Below are positions 41,134-51,175 of a DNA stretch of 64,000 nt, piece by piece (positions within the stretch are counted from its first letter, which is position 1; each line of letters starts with the position of its first letter). The notes beneath the pieces were generated by a model that was given only the letters and a program-made list of their open reading frames with translations, was not told the DNA's origin and did not search any database. The DNA is from Candidatus Bathyarchaeota archaeon (GTDB lineage: Archaea; Thermoproteota; Bathyarchaeia; 40CM-2-53-6). The stretch covers positions 1-64,000 of the forward strand of contig CAVPLU010000008.1 in NCBI GenBank assembly GCA_963706285.1, written 5' to 3'. A program made the position numbers and the translations under genes.

Positions 41134-41217
41134 GATTTTTGCAGTTTTTTGGATCGTGGCTGCTCACCGGTAGTGTTCTTATCGTTTGGGAATCTGCAAG
41201 TGAAATTCGCGTAGAAT

Positions 41218-42570
41218 CTATTTTGTGGCTCTCGTAATTCCAACGTCCTCGACGATCATGTGAGGGAGATAGACCGGAGTGGGGACTTCCCACCATTTGA
41301 TCCATTTCCTTTCTTTTGAGAGCGAGGTGATTGACTGCAATATGCGGGGCATGTTATCGCTGATGCGAAGTCCTTTCAGTGATCGTTCAATTCTGCCGTT
41401 CTTGATCTCGAACGCGCCGTCTCTGCAGATCGATGAGAAATCACCTGTCTGATAGTTTTGGAATCGCGTGTACCAGTTGTTGGTCAGGTACAGTCCATTT
41501 TGTACGTGCTCAAAGAGTTCTTCTTGACGGTATTCTCCAGGTTCAACGACTACGTTGAGGGCCACTGGAGCTATCCCCCATGATCCCCCGACATAGAATG
41601 CGCTCCCGGTTAGCGTCCCACCGTACTTGGCAACGCTATACGAACTGTGCAGGTACGTCTTCAGAATGCCATGGTCGATAATGATAGTCCGTTGCGTCGG
41701 GTATCCCTCGTCGTCGAGCGTGCAGGAGTTTATGCCCCAAGGCATACGTCGATCATCAGTCAACGTGAGCTTCTCGGAAGTGACTTTCTGACCTACCTTT
41801 CCCGTGAGAAAGGATAGGCCGAGATCTACGGAGTAGGCCGATGCAGAGTCTGCCGTTCTGTTGAGAAACTCTGCCATTATGGAGGGGCCGAACAGTACTG
41901 TGTATTTGCCTTCGTTTCCGAAGGTCGGGTTCTTAGCCTGGTTCGCGATCTTGCCCGCTTCCGTTCCTGCAAGTTTGGGATTGAAGTCTTCAAGTCGGGT
42001 TGCGCAGCTGTTGCCCTGGCCGCTCGAATCCTCGGTGACAAACGCTCGTATCGATATGTCGATGTTCGTTCCTTTGTCTCGGCCTTCAGTTCCCGCAGAG
42101 GTTTTCACATATCTCTCCGATTCACTAGTCACGATTACGCCGGAGGATCGCTTCGCTCCCTCGGCGTGAGCTGCATTAATGGCTTCTTCGGCGAAATCCA
42201 CCAGCTCGTCTGTCATCTTAGGGATGCGAGCGTCGTAAGTCTGCGGAGCAGGATCATATTTGAACGGTCCTTTGGGAAGAGTAGATTTGACTTCGCCTGG
42301 TTTCGTGATATCCATCGCGGCCTTTAGTGTCTTCATGACTTCTTTCAATGCGTCAATGTTGGGATTCTCCACGCGGGCTCCTGCACGTTTACGTTCTGAG
42401 AGCAGGTAGACGCTCGGAATTATCTGATCCCACGATTGCACAATTGTGACAGAGTCGTTCGCGAACTTTAGCATCTTACGCTTTTCATGAGTTACAGTCG
42501 CGGCTACTTCTCTCACTCCGAGTTTCTGGCCGTAGTCGACAGCCTGATCTACAATCTGTTCTAGGTTCAC
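41218..42570 (-). CDS. tldE: TldE/PmbA family protein
   Basis: DDEGYPT, NWYTRFQN..GDFS, lacks HExxH; follows tldD. Confidence 0.9.
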   Translation of the reverse strand: MNLEQIVDQAVDYGQKLGVREVAATVTHEKRKMLKFANDSVTIVQSWDQIIPSVYLLSERKRAGARVENPNIDALKEVMKTLKAAMDITKPGEVKSTLPKGPFKYDPAPQTYDARIPKMTDELVDFAEEAINAAHAEGAKRSSGVIVTSESERYVKTSAGTEGRDKGTNIDISIRAFVTEDSSGQGNSCATRLEDFNPKLAGTEAGKIANQAKNPTFGNEGKYTVLFGPSIMAEFLNRTADSASAYSVDLGLSFLTGKVGQKVTSEKLTLTDDRRMPWGINSCTLDDEGYPTQRTIIIDHGILKTYLHSSYSVAKYGGTLTGSAFYVGGSWGIAPVALNVVVEPGEYRQEELFEHVQNGLYLTNNWYTRFQNYQTGDFSSICRDGAFEIKNGRIERSLKGLRISDNMPRILQSITSLSKERKWIKWWEVPTPVYLPHMIVEDVGITRATK

Positions 42571-42574
42571 GGAG

Positions 42575-44000
42575 CTAGCCTCCCAGTTTGACTTTTCGAA
42601 GACGTATTGGTGGTCCCCCATGCCATACTGGAGCTCCTTGCATTGGTTCGCCTTTTCCACATGTGGCCGCCTCGTATTCCACGGTCTTTCCAACAGCATC
42701 CACACTGCCGTAGAGTCCCGGTGTAGTGATCTCGAGAATCGGGTTCCTTAGGGGGCTTGTGATCTCTCCTTTCTCGATCAGGTATGCTTCGAGTCCTACG
42801 TATCTCTGATTGTAGCGTCTGTCGTCAATATTCCATTCCATGAATGTCTTGATGAAAACGCCCTTGCTGATGTCTTCGATCAACTCTTCGTCAGTGTGGT
42901 CGCCTGGAAGCATGTACGTGTTCGCCATTCTGATGATAGGTTCCCTATCGTAGCTTACGGCTCTAGCCGCTCCGTTGCTGCTCACACCGAGTTCTGCAGC
43001 TGTTTCGCGATTCTGTAAGAATCCTGCGATAATTCCATTCTTGATTAGAGTTCTTCTGCTTGCTCGCACGCCCTCTTCATCGTACTGGTAGAAGCCGTAC
43101 GAGTTTGGAACGGTAGGGTCATCTACAACGGTGACGGCTTCCGTGCCAATTCGATGCCCGATCATGTCGGGCTTGATGTAGGATTCTCCAGCCTGGGCGG
43201 CTTCTCTGCCTAAGATTCTGTCTGCTTCCTGAGGATGTCCACAGGATTCGTGGCAAATGATGCCAGTGACCTCCGATCCGAGAACTAGATCCATCTCCTC
43301 TTGGGCGGCTGGTTTTGCTTCACGAAGAATCTTCCCCAGCGTTGCCGCCTCTTCGGAAACATACTTCGAGGGATTCCATTCCTCGAGTCGTTCCCATCCG
43401 CCCGTCTCGCCTTTCTCGCCGATTCTCTGGATCGTTCCTTTCCCGGGCACAGTTGCAGTAAGGAGAAACAGCAAACCGATCCTGGAGGCTACCCCGTGAA
43501 TCTTCGAGCCTTCGCTGTTAGCGAAGTATCGGTCGGTCATGTCGTCCATCAGAACAAGCGTCCGAGAAGGAAGATCTCACCTTCACAACATCAGGGCTTA
43601 GGTTCTTTTCGATGTCTTCGAGGACCCGTACTTTCTCCTCGATCGTAATATCGAGAAGTGATCTTCGCGCTTTCGTCTCCCAGTTTGCCTGCTCTGCCTT
43701 CTCCTCTGACAGGCGTATTGGTTTGGTGACAAGTCTCTTCGACGCTTTCGCCGTTCTGCATGCGATATCAACAACTTCACTCAAAGATTCCCTAGAGAGA
43801 TCGTTTGTGGACGCAAATCCGAGCGCACCATCGACAAGCACGCGGACCCCGATACCTTCCGCCTTGGCCAGCTGAACCGGCTCTGGCGCTCCGTTGGTTA
43901 GAGTGACTCCGCTGCCCGAGTCGATGTGAAGCCTTGCTTCAGCATATTCCACTCCTCTCGCAGAAGCAGAATCAACCGCATAGCGAACAAGTTCTTCCAT
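42575..44000 (-). CDS. tldD: TldD family metalloprotease (frameshift near 43570)
   Basis: GIGVRVL, HESCGHPQEADR, YDEEG, RMANT, CGKG, GGP. Confidence 0.9.
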
Positions 44001-44153
44001 GAACGAGACCGGGCTCTGAGCGTGGGAGAACTTGATTTAAGGGTAGCGAAGCTTTGAAGGCAATTTTCATCTCTTCGAAACGTCGAGTCCAGAGTTCGCA
44101 CTACTCTGCGAAGCAACTCAAGCTCTACGGTTGGAACTTCGAGTGGCTCGTTC

Positions 44154-44651
44154 CTAGTATCTTCCTCGGCGACCGCCGCCGTATCCTCTGCCTCGTCCTC
44201 TGTCTCCGTAGCCTTCGTCCCGGTTTCTAGGTCTGAAACTCGGGTATCTTCGCCTTTCAGGCATGGGGAACTCCTTGTTGGAAAGGTTGTTGTCAGCATT
44301 GACGTTCTCAATCGGCGGAGCGCCGGTCTCCAACGAACCGTAGCGGCCTATGTTTAGCCGCATCGATCCGCGGAAGAGCGAGATGTAGCCGTTCTTGACG
44401 TTTATCGTGTCATTCTCATTGACTTTGTCGATGTTGTCGTCCCACAAGGTGAGGTAGACCGAGCCGGTCTCATCTCCGACGAGAGCATCTACAACTCGAT
44501 GCGTCGAGCCATCTCTCCGAGAAACAGTCTCGCGGGCTTGGCCCTTTGAGACTACCTTCACGGTAACGTTCACTTGTCTGGATTCTGGGCCAAGGCCCTC
44601 GACCTTGACGTTCACAGCAGCAGGTGGCTGTCCTTCTCCTTCCGTTGACAT
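44154..44651 (-). CDS. ssb: Single-OB-fold SSB with Arg/Gly-rich tail (crenarchaeal type)
   Basis: VNVTVKV, VGDETG, LTLW, NGY, LNIGRYG; GRGRGYGGGRRGRY tail. Confidence 0.9.
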   Translation of the reverse strand: MSTEGEGQPPAAVNVKVEGLGPESRQVNVTVKVVSKGQARETVSRRDGSTHRVVDALVGDETGSVYLTLWDDNIDKVNENDTINVKNGYISLFRGSMRLNIGRYGSLETGAPPIENVNADNNLSNKEFPMPERRRYPSFRPRNRDEGYGDRGRGRGYGGGRRGRY

Positions 44652-44887
44652 CTACTTCACACTCGGCTTAACATATCCGACAATAGGTCGTATCTTAAGC
44701 ATTGCGATTCCATCCAAGGGAGTGGGACAAGTAGCAGCAAGTGTGAGACCGGACAAGTGTCTAGACCAAAAACCGTCCTGAGAATAGCTGCTTTCGCCCT
44801 TTCTACAACACATACATAATCCAACCCGCCCTCTTGTTGGTACAGGCAAGCTGAGAAGACCCACGATAATAATCGGACGGAGCATGT

Positions 44888-45892
44888 TTGAATAAGCGAC
44901 TGGATGAATTGCTGCTCACAACTACGGACACCGGTAGCCTGCCGATCTTCGACGATTTCAATGGTGACCGAACGAACTTCGAGGGGGCGATACTCGACAA
45001 GCTTTCGGTAGGCTTGGACTATCCATGCTATCCTCAGCTTCAAGGCTCGCCCTCCGATCCCACGAATATGGGTCTACAGTTTCTGATCCCGCTCTCCAAA
45101 CTTGAGCCTAAGATTCAGATCAGAGGAGAGGAGGCTACGCTTCTGTCAGACGAGATCAAGTCTCCGTCTGAGCCGATCGGCGTGGAACGAGCGGAGCACT
45201 ATGTGACGTTTCTTCGTGAGCACGATCTTCTCTCTAGGGTAAAGGGTCTGAAGGCCTGTATTACTGGTCCTTTCACACTTGCCAGTTATCTCAACAGAAG
45301 GAACCTGATGACATGTGGCACGTCAAAGCCCGAAGTCGTCAAAGTCCTCACCGAGGCTCTCAGCAACTCATGCAAACGCCTCAACGAGCTTGGATTCGAC
45401 TTGGTCAACGTGGACGAGCCTTTCCTCTCAGTAATGCTGGGACGCAAAGTGCTGTTCAAGTACGACGAGAAATTCGTCGTTGAGATGCTTGACACCATGA
45501 TAGGTGAAATATCGGGGTTCTCCGCGATTCATGTCTGTGGCACGATAACTCCATTGGTCAAGAAGGTTCTACTGGAAAGCAAAGTCAACATCGTCGACCA
45601 CGAGTTCGCAGGTTCTCCCAATAATCTACATGCATACACCAGAGATGAGCTAGAAGGCTCCGGCAAGTTCCTTGCCTATGGCTGTGTTTCCTCAGTGAAG
45701 CCTCAAGTGGAGACCGTAGAAGAGATCTCAGCCTCGATACGCAATGCAATGAAGACCTTCGGTTCGCGGATAATCGTGAAGCCTGACTGTGGTTTTGGAG
45801 GCATGTTCGGCGTCTCAGGTGCCTATGAGGCTGTTCTGAAGAAACTTGAGAATATGGTAAAGGCGGCTCGAATGGTTGCGGAGTCAGGTTAA
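44888..45892 (+). CDS. Single-domain MetE-like (core methionine synthase family) protein
   Basis: TTDTGSLP, KACITGPFTL, VDEP, HVCG, PDCGF, KLENMV. Confidence 0.75.
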   Translation: MNKRLDELLLTTTDTGSLPIFDDFNGDRTNFEGAILDKLSVGLDYPCYPQLQGSPSDPTNMGLQFLIPLSKLEPKIQIRGEEATLLSDEIKSPSEPIGVERAEHYVTFLREHDLLSRVKGLKACITGPFTLASYLNRRNLMTCGTSKPEVVKVLTEALSNSCKRLNELGFDLVNVDEPFLSVMLGRKVLFKYDEKFVVEMLDTMIGEISGFSAIHVCGTITPLVKKVLLESKVNIVDHEFAGSPNNLHAYTRDELEGSGKFLAYGCVSSVKPQVETVEEISASIRNAMKTFGSRIIVKPDCGFGGMFGVSGAYEAVLKKLENMVKAARMVAESG

Positions 45893-46003
45893 GCGTATCT
45901 GAGTCAGGAACTTGTACACTATCAAGGCGACAAGGAAGATCAAGTAGAATCTGAGGAAAATAAGTGCGGCTCTGACTGTTCTAGTTGTTTTCACTCGTGG
46001 CAC
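45884..46003 (-). CDS. Small (~39 aa) single-TM protein ending the Mg-transport operon (absent from ORF track)
   Basis: GTG-PRVKTTRTVRAALIFLRFYLIFLVALIVYKFLTQIRLT-stop, right after the CBS gene. Confidence 0.65.
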   Translation of the reverse strand: MPRVKTTRTVRAALIFLRFYLIFLVALIVYKFLTQIRLT

Positions 46004-46036
46004 ATTTGCTCACTCTCACATCTGAGTTTTCTCTTG

Positions 46037-47335
46037 CTACTCTCCCGCTAGGAACACGTCTTTCTCTCTAATCACGCCGACGATCTTGTTCGATTCATCG
46101 GTGATGGGGATTGCTCTGAAACGATACTTCCGGAATAGTGATTCGATGTCTCCTCGCATGGTAGTGGGTGCGACTGATACAACGTTCTTAGTCATGATGT
46201 CCTCGAGCTTCCTCGTAGGATCTGCCTGCAAGAGTTCGTTGATGTCTATGACGCCTCTCAGATTTTTCTCATCGTCGACAACGTAGATGTACATCGTGAC
46301 ATCGCAGCTGCGTGCTTCTTGTCGGAATCTCGTGAAAGCTTCTTCAACCGGTAGGTCGCCTGGGAATCCCAGGAAGCAATGCATGGCAAGAGTCGACGCT
46401 GGAACATCGTGTTGACTGAGGAGCTGATGGACTTTGGAAGCAACATCTCCTTTCAGTATCTTCAGGAATTCCTCAGAATCGTCTCGTGGAAGAATCGAGA
46501 TTATGTTAGCGATTTCAGCGGGGGATAGATGAGCGAAGATTTGAGCGGCTCGTTCCGTGCTTGTTGAGGCTAGGATTTCTCTCTGGACTCTTGGTTCCGT
46601 TGCGTCAAGAGCGCCAGCGGCAACTCCACTATCCAGTGTGCTGAAGATGTGGATTCTCTCTTCATGGCTGAGTTCCTCAAGTATGTCAGCCAAGTCTTCA
46701 GGGTGAATGTCTTTGAGTCCGTCTCTTGTTATTGTGAGTTTCACGTCGCCCTTGGTGCCTGTGAGGTCTGTCGGCAAGGATTGTACATACCGCCATGGGA
46801 TGATATCATCACATGAACCGTTTTCAAGAACAGACTTGACAATTCTACCAAGTCCCAATCGGCGCATGAATGCGTGTCGGCCTACATCCGCTCCGACAAC
46901 AAACAGCTTACTTTCCACGAAAAGAAGTTGTACGTCGTAGACAACTTCTACATCGAATCCTTCTGTGTCAAGGATTCTCTTATCAAGAATCTTATCTCTA
47001 AGCAGGAGCTGATCATTGCCGTGTTTGATCTCAGGATACTTGCCTTCAGGGGGATCTTGCACGAGAGTCTTCTCGGTCGTCACGCTAGACAACATTACTC
47101 CAAGCAATGTTTAGGGAGGACGACCCAACGAGCGTTCGATGATCAGGCTTGTCACTTCAGCGTAGTGTGGATCGTCTCTGATGACTAGATCTTTCAGCTT
47201 GCCAATCGTGATGCCGCTCTGAGTTTTCACTTTCTTGTCAAGGATCTCAGTGAGGAGGAGATATCGTGCAGCCTTGTTTTCTCCGAGGGACGCCTTCTGA
47301 ATGTACTCTCTGATCTGACTTGACTTCGTCGACAC
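46037..47335 (-). CDS. Soluble PRC-barrel/MgtE_N/CBS protein (frameshift near 47115)
   Basis: IGKLKDL (PRC), RDKILDKRILD, HPEDLADILEEL (MgtE_N), two CBS domains, no TM. Confidence 0.85.
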
Positions 47336-47388
47336 TAATTCCCGCCTCGAGGTGTTCCTGCTCTGCTGGATCAGTCAACTGACGGGCC

Positions 47389-48669
47389 CTACCCTCCTAA
47401 TAAGTTCGGAAAGATCGTGGAGATGCCGTACAGAGACGAAACCGCGATCACAGCTACCACGATTGCCCAGTCTATTACGTTCTGAAACCTAGTGTTTACG
47501 TACGGCCCCATCAGTTCTTTCTGGTTCAACAGTAGAATCAAGAACACCAGAGCGGCAGGAAGTAGAGTCACAGCTATGATCTGCACAAAGAGCGTGATCA
47601 ACACAAACGGTGCGTTGGGAATGAGCACTATGGCCCCGGCAAGCGCCACATTGAGGAAGTAGAACAGGTAGAACCAAGGAGAGCTCTTCACTTTCACGTT
47701 GAGAGTGTGCGCCCATCCGAAGACTTCTCCAAACGCCCATGACGACGACAAAGAAATACAGATCGCGCCCAGAAGCCCCGCGTCGAAGAGACCAATGGCA
47801 AACAGCGCTCCCGCATATTGCCCCGCAAACGGGACTAGCGCAAGGGCAGCTTCAGACGCTTCTGTGATGTTCAGGCCGATTACGTGGAGAGTTGATCCGG
47901 TTGCGATCATTATGAATGCGGCCCCTAGCCCTGTTAGAACCGAGCCGAGCGCGGTATCGATTTTAGCATACGGGATGTCCTTTTCGTCAAGTTCTTTGTC
48001 GACGACTGCACTTTGCTGGAAGAAGAGCATCCAGGGGGCTATTGTGGTTCCGATATTCGCCATTATCAATGTCAGCAAAGGGGTAGTGAGGCCCCCGGAG
48101 AATGTCGGAAGAAAAATGTCGTGAGCGATCACGTGCCAATCGGGCTTTGCTAGGAAGGCGGCAGGTATGTACACTAGGTTGAGGATACAGAAGACCATTG
48201 TTATTCTCTCAAAGGTCCAGTATGTCCCCGAGGATACGAGTAAGGTTAGGAAGACGACTGCTGCCACGATCGTCAATATGGGAGGTACTCCAAAGATCTT
48301 TGCCGCCGCGACCATGCCAATGAATTCAGTCACAATCGTTAGGAAGTTAACGAATGTCAGATCTATGAGCGAGAACCAGCCCCAAAACGGGCCGAATCCG
48401 TCGAAGATCGCCTCCGCATGTCCTCTCTTCGTTACCGCTCCCAGCCGTACAGTCATCTCTTGGACAAAGTAGGCGAGTATGCAGAAGACTATGATCAGCC
48501 AGACGAGATTGAACCCGTAGCGTGAACCTGTGATCGCATAGGTGGTAATTCCACCAGCGTCGTTGTCTGCAACCATCACTATGATGCCCGGTCCTGCGAT
48601 AGCGGAGAAAATGGCAAGCCGTTTCCAGATGCGTCTATAGAGGTAATACGCTCGCGGCAACAACTTCAT
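47389..48669 (-). CDS. NRAMP-related divalent cation (probably Mg2+, NRMT clade) transporter
   Basis: GPGII..ADNDAGG, QEMTVRLG, GTTIAPWM.FFQQS. Confidence 0.88.
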   Translation of the reverse strand: MKLLPRAYYLYRRIWKRLAIFSAIAGPGIIVMVADNDAGGITTYAITGSRYGFNLVWLIIVFCILAYFVQEMTVRLGAVTKRGHAEAIFDGFGPFWGWFSLIDLTFVNFLTIVTEFIGMVAAAKIFGVPPILTIVAAVVFLTLLVSSGTYWTFERITMVFCILNLVYIPAAFLAKPDWHVIAHDIFLPTFSGGLTTPLLTLIMANIGTTIAPWMLFFQQSAVVDKELDEKDIPYAKIDTALGSVLTGLGAAFIMIATGSTLHVIGLNITEASEAALALVPFAGQYAGALFAIGLFDAGLLGAICISLSSSWAFGEVFGWAHTLNVKVKSSPWFYLFYFLNVALAGAIVLIPNAPFVLITLFVQIIAVTLLPAALVFLILLLNQKELMGPYVNTRFQNVIDWAIVVAVIAVSSLYGISTIFPNLLGG

Positions 48670-48803
48670 TCTACTTCACCGCCATGCAATCTCAGTCGGA
48701 TTCTTCTCAGGCCAGTCTGCTCTCTCTTCTCGTAATGTCGCAACTGCCGCAACAGTATCGGAATTAAGGTTTGCTACGGTTCAAAACTTGCGATCGTTTT
48801 CGT

Positions 48804-50039
48804 TCATGAAGCGATTGCTGGCAGAGTGTTCATTGCGTAGGGCATCAGGAGAATTGAGGCGTCTTTTCCACGCGAGCGCCAGGCATCCTCCAGCACTTCT
48901 TGTGGCTTCTTGCAGGTCTTCAGGATGATGGAGTTTGTCTGTAACTTGTTTGATGCAAGAATGATCTCAGCTCGTCTGGCGATCTTGCTGAGGGCGAAAG
49001 CTTTGTGAGCGCCCAGAATGAATTGCCTGCTAAGTTTCTCTCTTATCTCGTCAAGACTGGAGGTGGTCGTCATCCAGTTCTCGAAGGTGGTGTTTCCGAA
49101 GCCTTCGTTGCATTCGGCAACTAGTATTATTGTGCCGCCATCCTTGACGGCGTGGGAGGCGTTCTCTATCGCCTTGTGCGCTTGATAGAGGTTGATATCT
49201 CTTGGATATCCACCAGCGCTTGCAAGCACAATATCCGCCGGTTCTTTGATGGGTACCTTCTCTTGGTCATCAACGATTTTCGACGCGGCTCGTTGCGCAG
49301 CTATTGGATCTCCGGCGAATCCGCTGATGATTCGATTTGACTCGTCTAGGACAACGTTAACGACGTATCGTAGTCCCGTCAGTCGTCCTGCTTCTTCGAA
49401 GTCTTCACGAACCGGGTTGGAATCGATGACTCCTGGTTCTGCGTTGGGAAGAGTCATGAGGCTGTGATTTCTCTCGATCGTCTCTTTGCCCGCGAGACCA
49501 GGCACCACTGCCTTGTAGCCGCCTGTGTAGCCGGCGAAATAGTGCACATCGACGTTTCCGATGGCAAGAGCAAAATCTGCTTCGAGAAGAAGCGGGTTGA
49601 CAGATACTCGTGTGCCGCGGGTGGTGGTTCCGATGTATTGCACGGAATCCACTGTGTGATCGATGACTTTCGGAATTGAAGTCGAGTACGAGCCTAGAAG
49701 AACGCGTTTCTCTGCGGCTGTATGGCCCCTATGTGTTCCTGTTCCGATGAGGACTCGCATGTTGTCGCGGGGAACGCCTGCTGCCTTGAACGATCGCATG
49801 ACATGGGGGAGGATTGTCCGTGTCGGGCAAGGCCTCGTGATGTCACTCACTACAATCGCGACTTTGTCCTTACGGTCAAGAAGTTTCTGGAGAGGTTCTG
49901 CGCCTCTAGGCGCAGCTAATGCTTGAGGAACGCTTGGGCCACGGTGGACTGAAGGTCTCGGTCTCACGATCTCGAGTAGACGACTCTTCGGGATCTCAAG
50001 TTTGATTGAACCTTTTCCGTACCTGAGAGAAACCTGCAA
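48804..50039 (-). CDS. larA: Nickel-pincer lactate racemase family (LarA homolog)
   Basis: SDITRP, GTGTHR, HYFAGYTGGYK..PG, NH, GGYPRDINLYQ, GAHKA. Confidence 0.9.
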   Translation of the reverse strand: MQVSLRYGKGSIKLEIPKSRLLEIVRPRPSVHRGPSVPQALAAPRGAEPLQKLLDRKDKVAIVVSDITRPCPTRTILPHVMRSFKAAGVPRDNMRVLIGTGTHRGHTAAEKRVLLGSYSTSIPKVIDHTVDSVQYIGTTTRGTRVSVNPLLLEADFALAIGNVDVHYFAGYTGGYKAVVPGLAGKETIERNHSLMTLPNAEPGVIDSNPVREDFEEAGRLTGLRYVVNVVLDESNRIISGFAGDPIAAQRAASKIVDDQEKVPIKEPADIVLASAGGYPRDINLYQAHKAIENASHAVKDGGTIILVAECNEGFGNTTFENWMTTTSSLDEIREKLSRQFILGAHKAFALSKIARRAEIILASNKLQTNSIILKTCKKPQEVLEDAWRSRGKDASILLMPYAMNTLPAIAS

Positions 50040-50149
50040 CCGACAGCCCTCACAGTGGTCGGTCATGCTCAAAGCGTCTCATAGAAGTTTTGTTGAAGCG
50101 CAGCTTCGCAAAATCGTTAACTAGAGGCAACCGAAGTAGCAGAGACTGA

Positions 50150-50281
50150 GCGGGGGTACCCGAGGCCAGCCGTCGTGCTGGCGGGAACCAGGTCTAAGGG
50201 GTAGAAGCGTCCAGACGCTGCCTCAGCTTCAGGAGCCTATGGCGTAGGCCTTCGGGGGTTCGAATCCCCCCTCCCGCACCA
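50150..50281 (+). tRNA. tRNA-Leu(CAG) with two non-canonical introns (15/16: 50165-50187; 29/30: 50205-50225); CCA encoded
   Basis: After splicing: GCGGGGG acceptor pairing with CTCCCGC, A73, D-arm CCCGAGCCAGGTCTAAGGGG, anticodon arm TAGGC-TTCAGGA-GCCTA, long variable arm, GGGGG-TTCGAAT-CCCCC. Both junctions form BHB-type motifs. Confidence 0.93.
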
Positions 50282-50471
50282 CTCTTGAGTGACGGCAAGA
50301 TCTAATCACTGCAAAGTGGCCCATGAAATAGATGCAAGATTCATGATGTGCGCCACAGGAATGTCGTATGGGAGAATTCCTTAGTCGATTCGCCATATCA
50401 TGGCCCAGAAAGCGGAGAAGGTTCCAACAACAAGAAGAGACAAGTGTGAACGAGCAGCATCAGAAAAATCA
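50261..50471 (+). repeat. Copy B of the ~210-bp diverged repeat (tRNA 3' end plus decayed pirin 5' region)
   Basis: Aligns with 2406-2616; the pirin ATG is replaced by ACG and followed by SSIRKI codons. Confidence 0.9.
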
Positions 50472-50537
50472 CGGGCCTGACTTCAGTCTAGGTAAATGAT
50501 ATTTAGCACGCGAGAATGAGCTACTATTGCTGAGACA

Positions 50538-50745
50538 TGTCCACACGTCCGGAAAGAAGACTTGAATACGAACTGGAACAGCTGCTCCTACACATCGTGC
50601 AACATGAGCCTTCCAACATCGGTAAACGAACTTTAGTCGCAGCAATTGCTAGATGATGTAAGATCCCCTGATCAGATTCGAAGAAAGAGAGCTGAAGACT
50701 CGGCCAAGAAGGATCTGGGAATTGGGAGTTTTGGGAATTCTTAGC
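50538..50745 (+). pseudogene. Decayed wHTH-like gene fragment
   Basis: MSTRPERRLEYELEQLLLHIVQHEP.../TSVNEL broken by a frameshift and stops. Confidence 0.3.
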
Positions 50746-51175
50746 AACTATGCGTCAGAATCGAACTCATGTAGGCAACTCTAGATTCGATTGATATTTG
50801 AATCGTGGCCTGATGTGTTATGTCTAGAAGAAGAGCAAGAAGAAGGAGAAGAATACGAGCTAGAAGAACACAGCAGAAGAGCAGGCGAGCAAGGAGCCAA
50901 CCTGAAAAGGAAAGAAGAACAGGGCACCGGCGTGCCAAAAGATAATAGCATCATTTGCATCTTTACAATTACCCGCAGCTTGCATCTTGCTTGTCTCAAT
51001 GTTGATCAGTCGGTGGCGGATTCGCACAGTCCAAGGCAGCCATCGGTCAAACACCTGCCCGACATGGACAACGCATCGGTCGGATGTTGCTGGCGGAATC
51101 CTTCTGGTGCAGGAGATGAGTACCCACCGAAACTTTCATAGGCCGAAGCCGCACATCGGGAGCGGACAATCAGTC

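Noticed and set aside
50226-50236. Possible tRNA-Sec/opal suppressor from CTTCAG (TCA anticodon)
   Set aside because: The stem TAGGC/GCCTA fixes the loop as TTCAGGA with anticodon CAG. The 7-bp acceptor, A73 and variable arm are those of Leu.
50741-51141. Glu-rich and Leu-rich ORFs over the GAA-rich tract
   Set aside because: Low-complexity purine tract that is open on both strands, with no recognisable domain.
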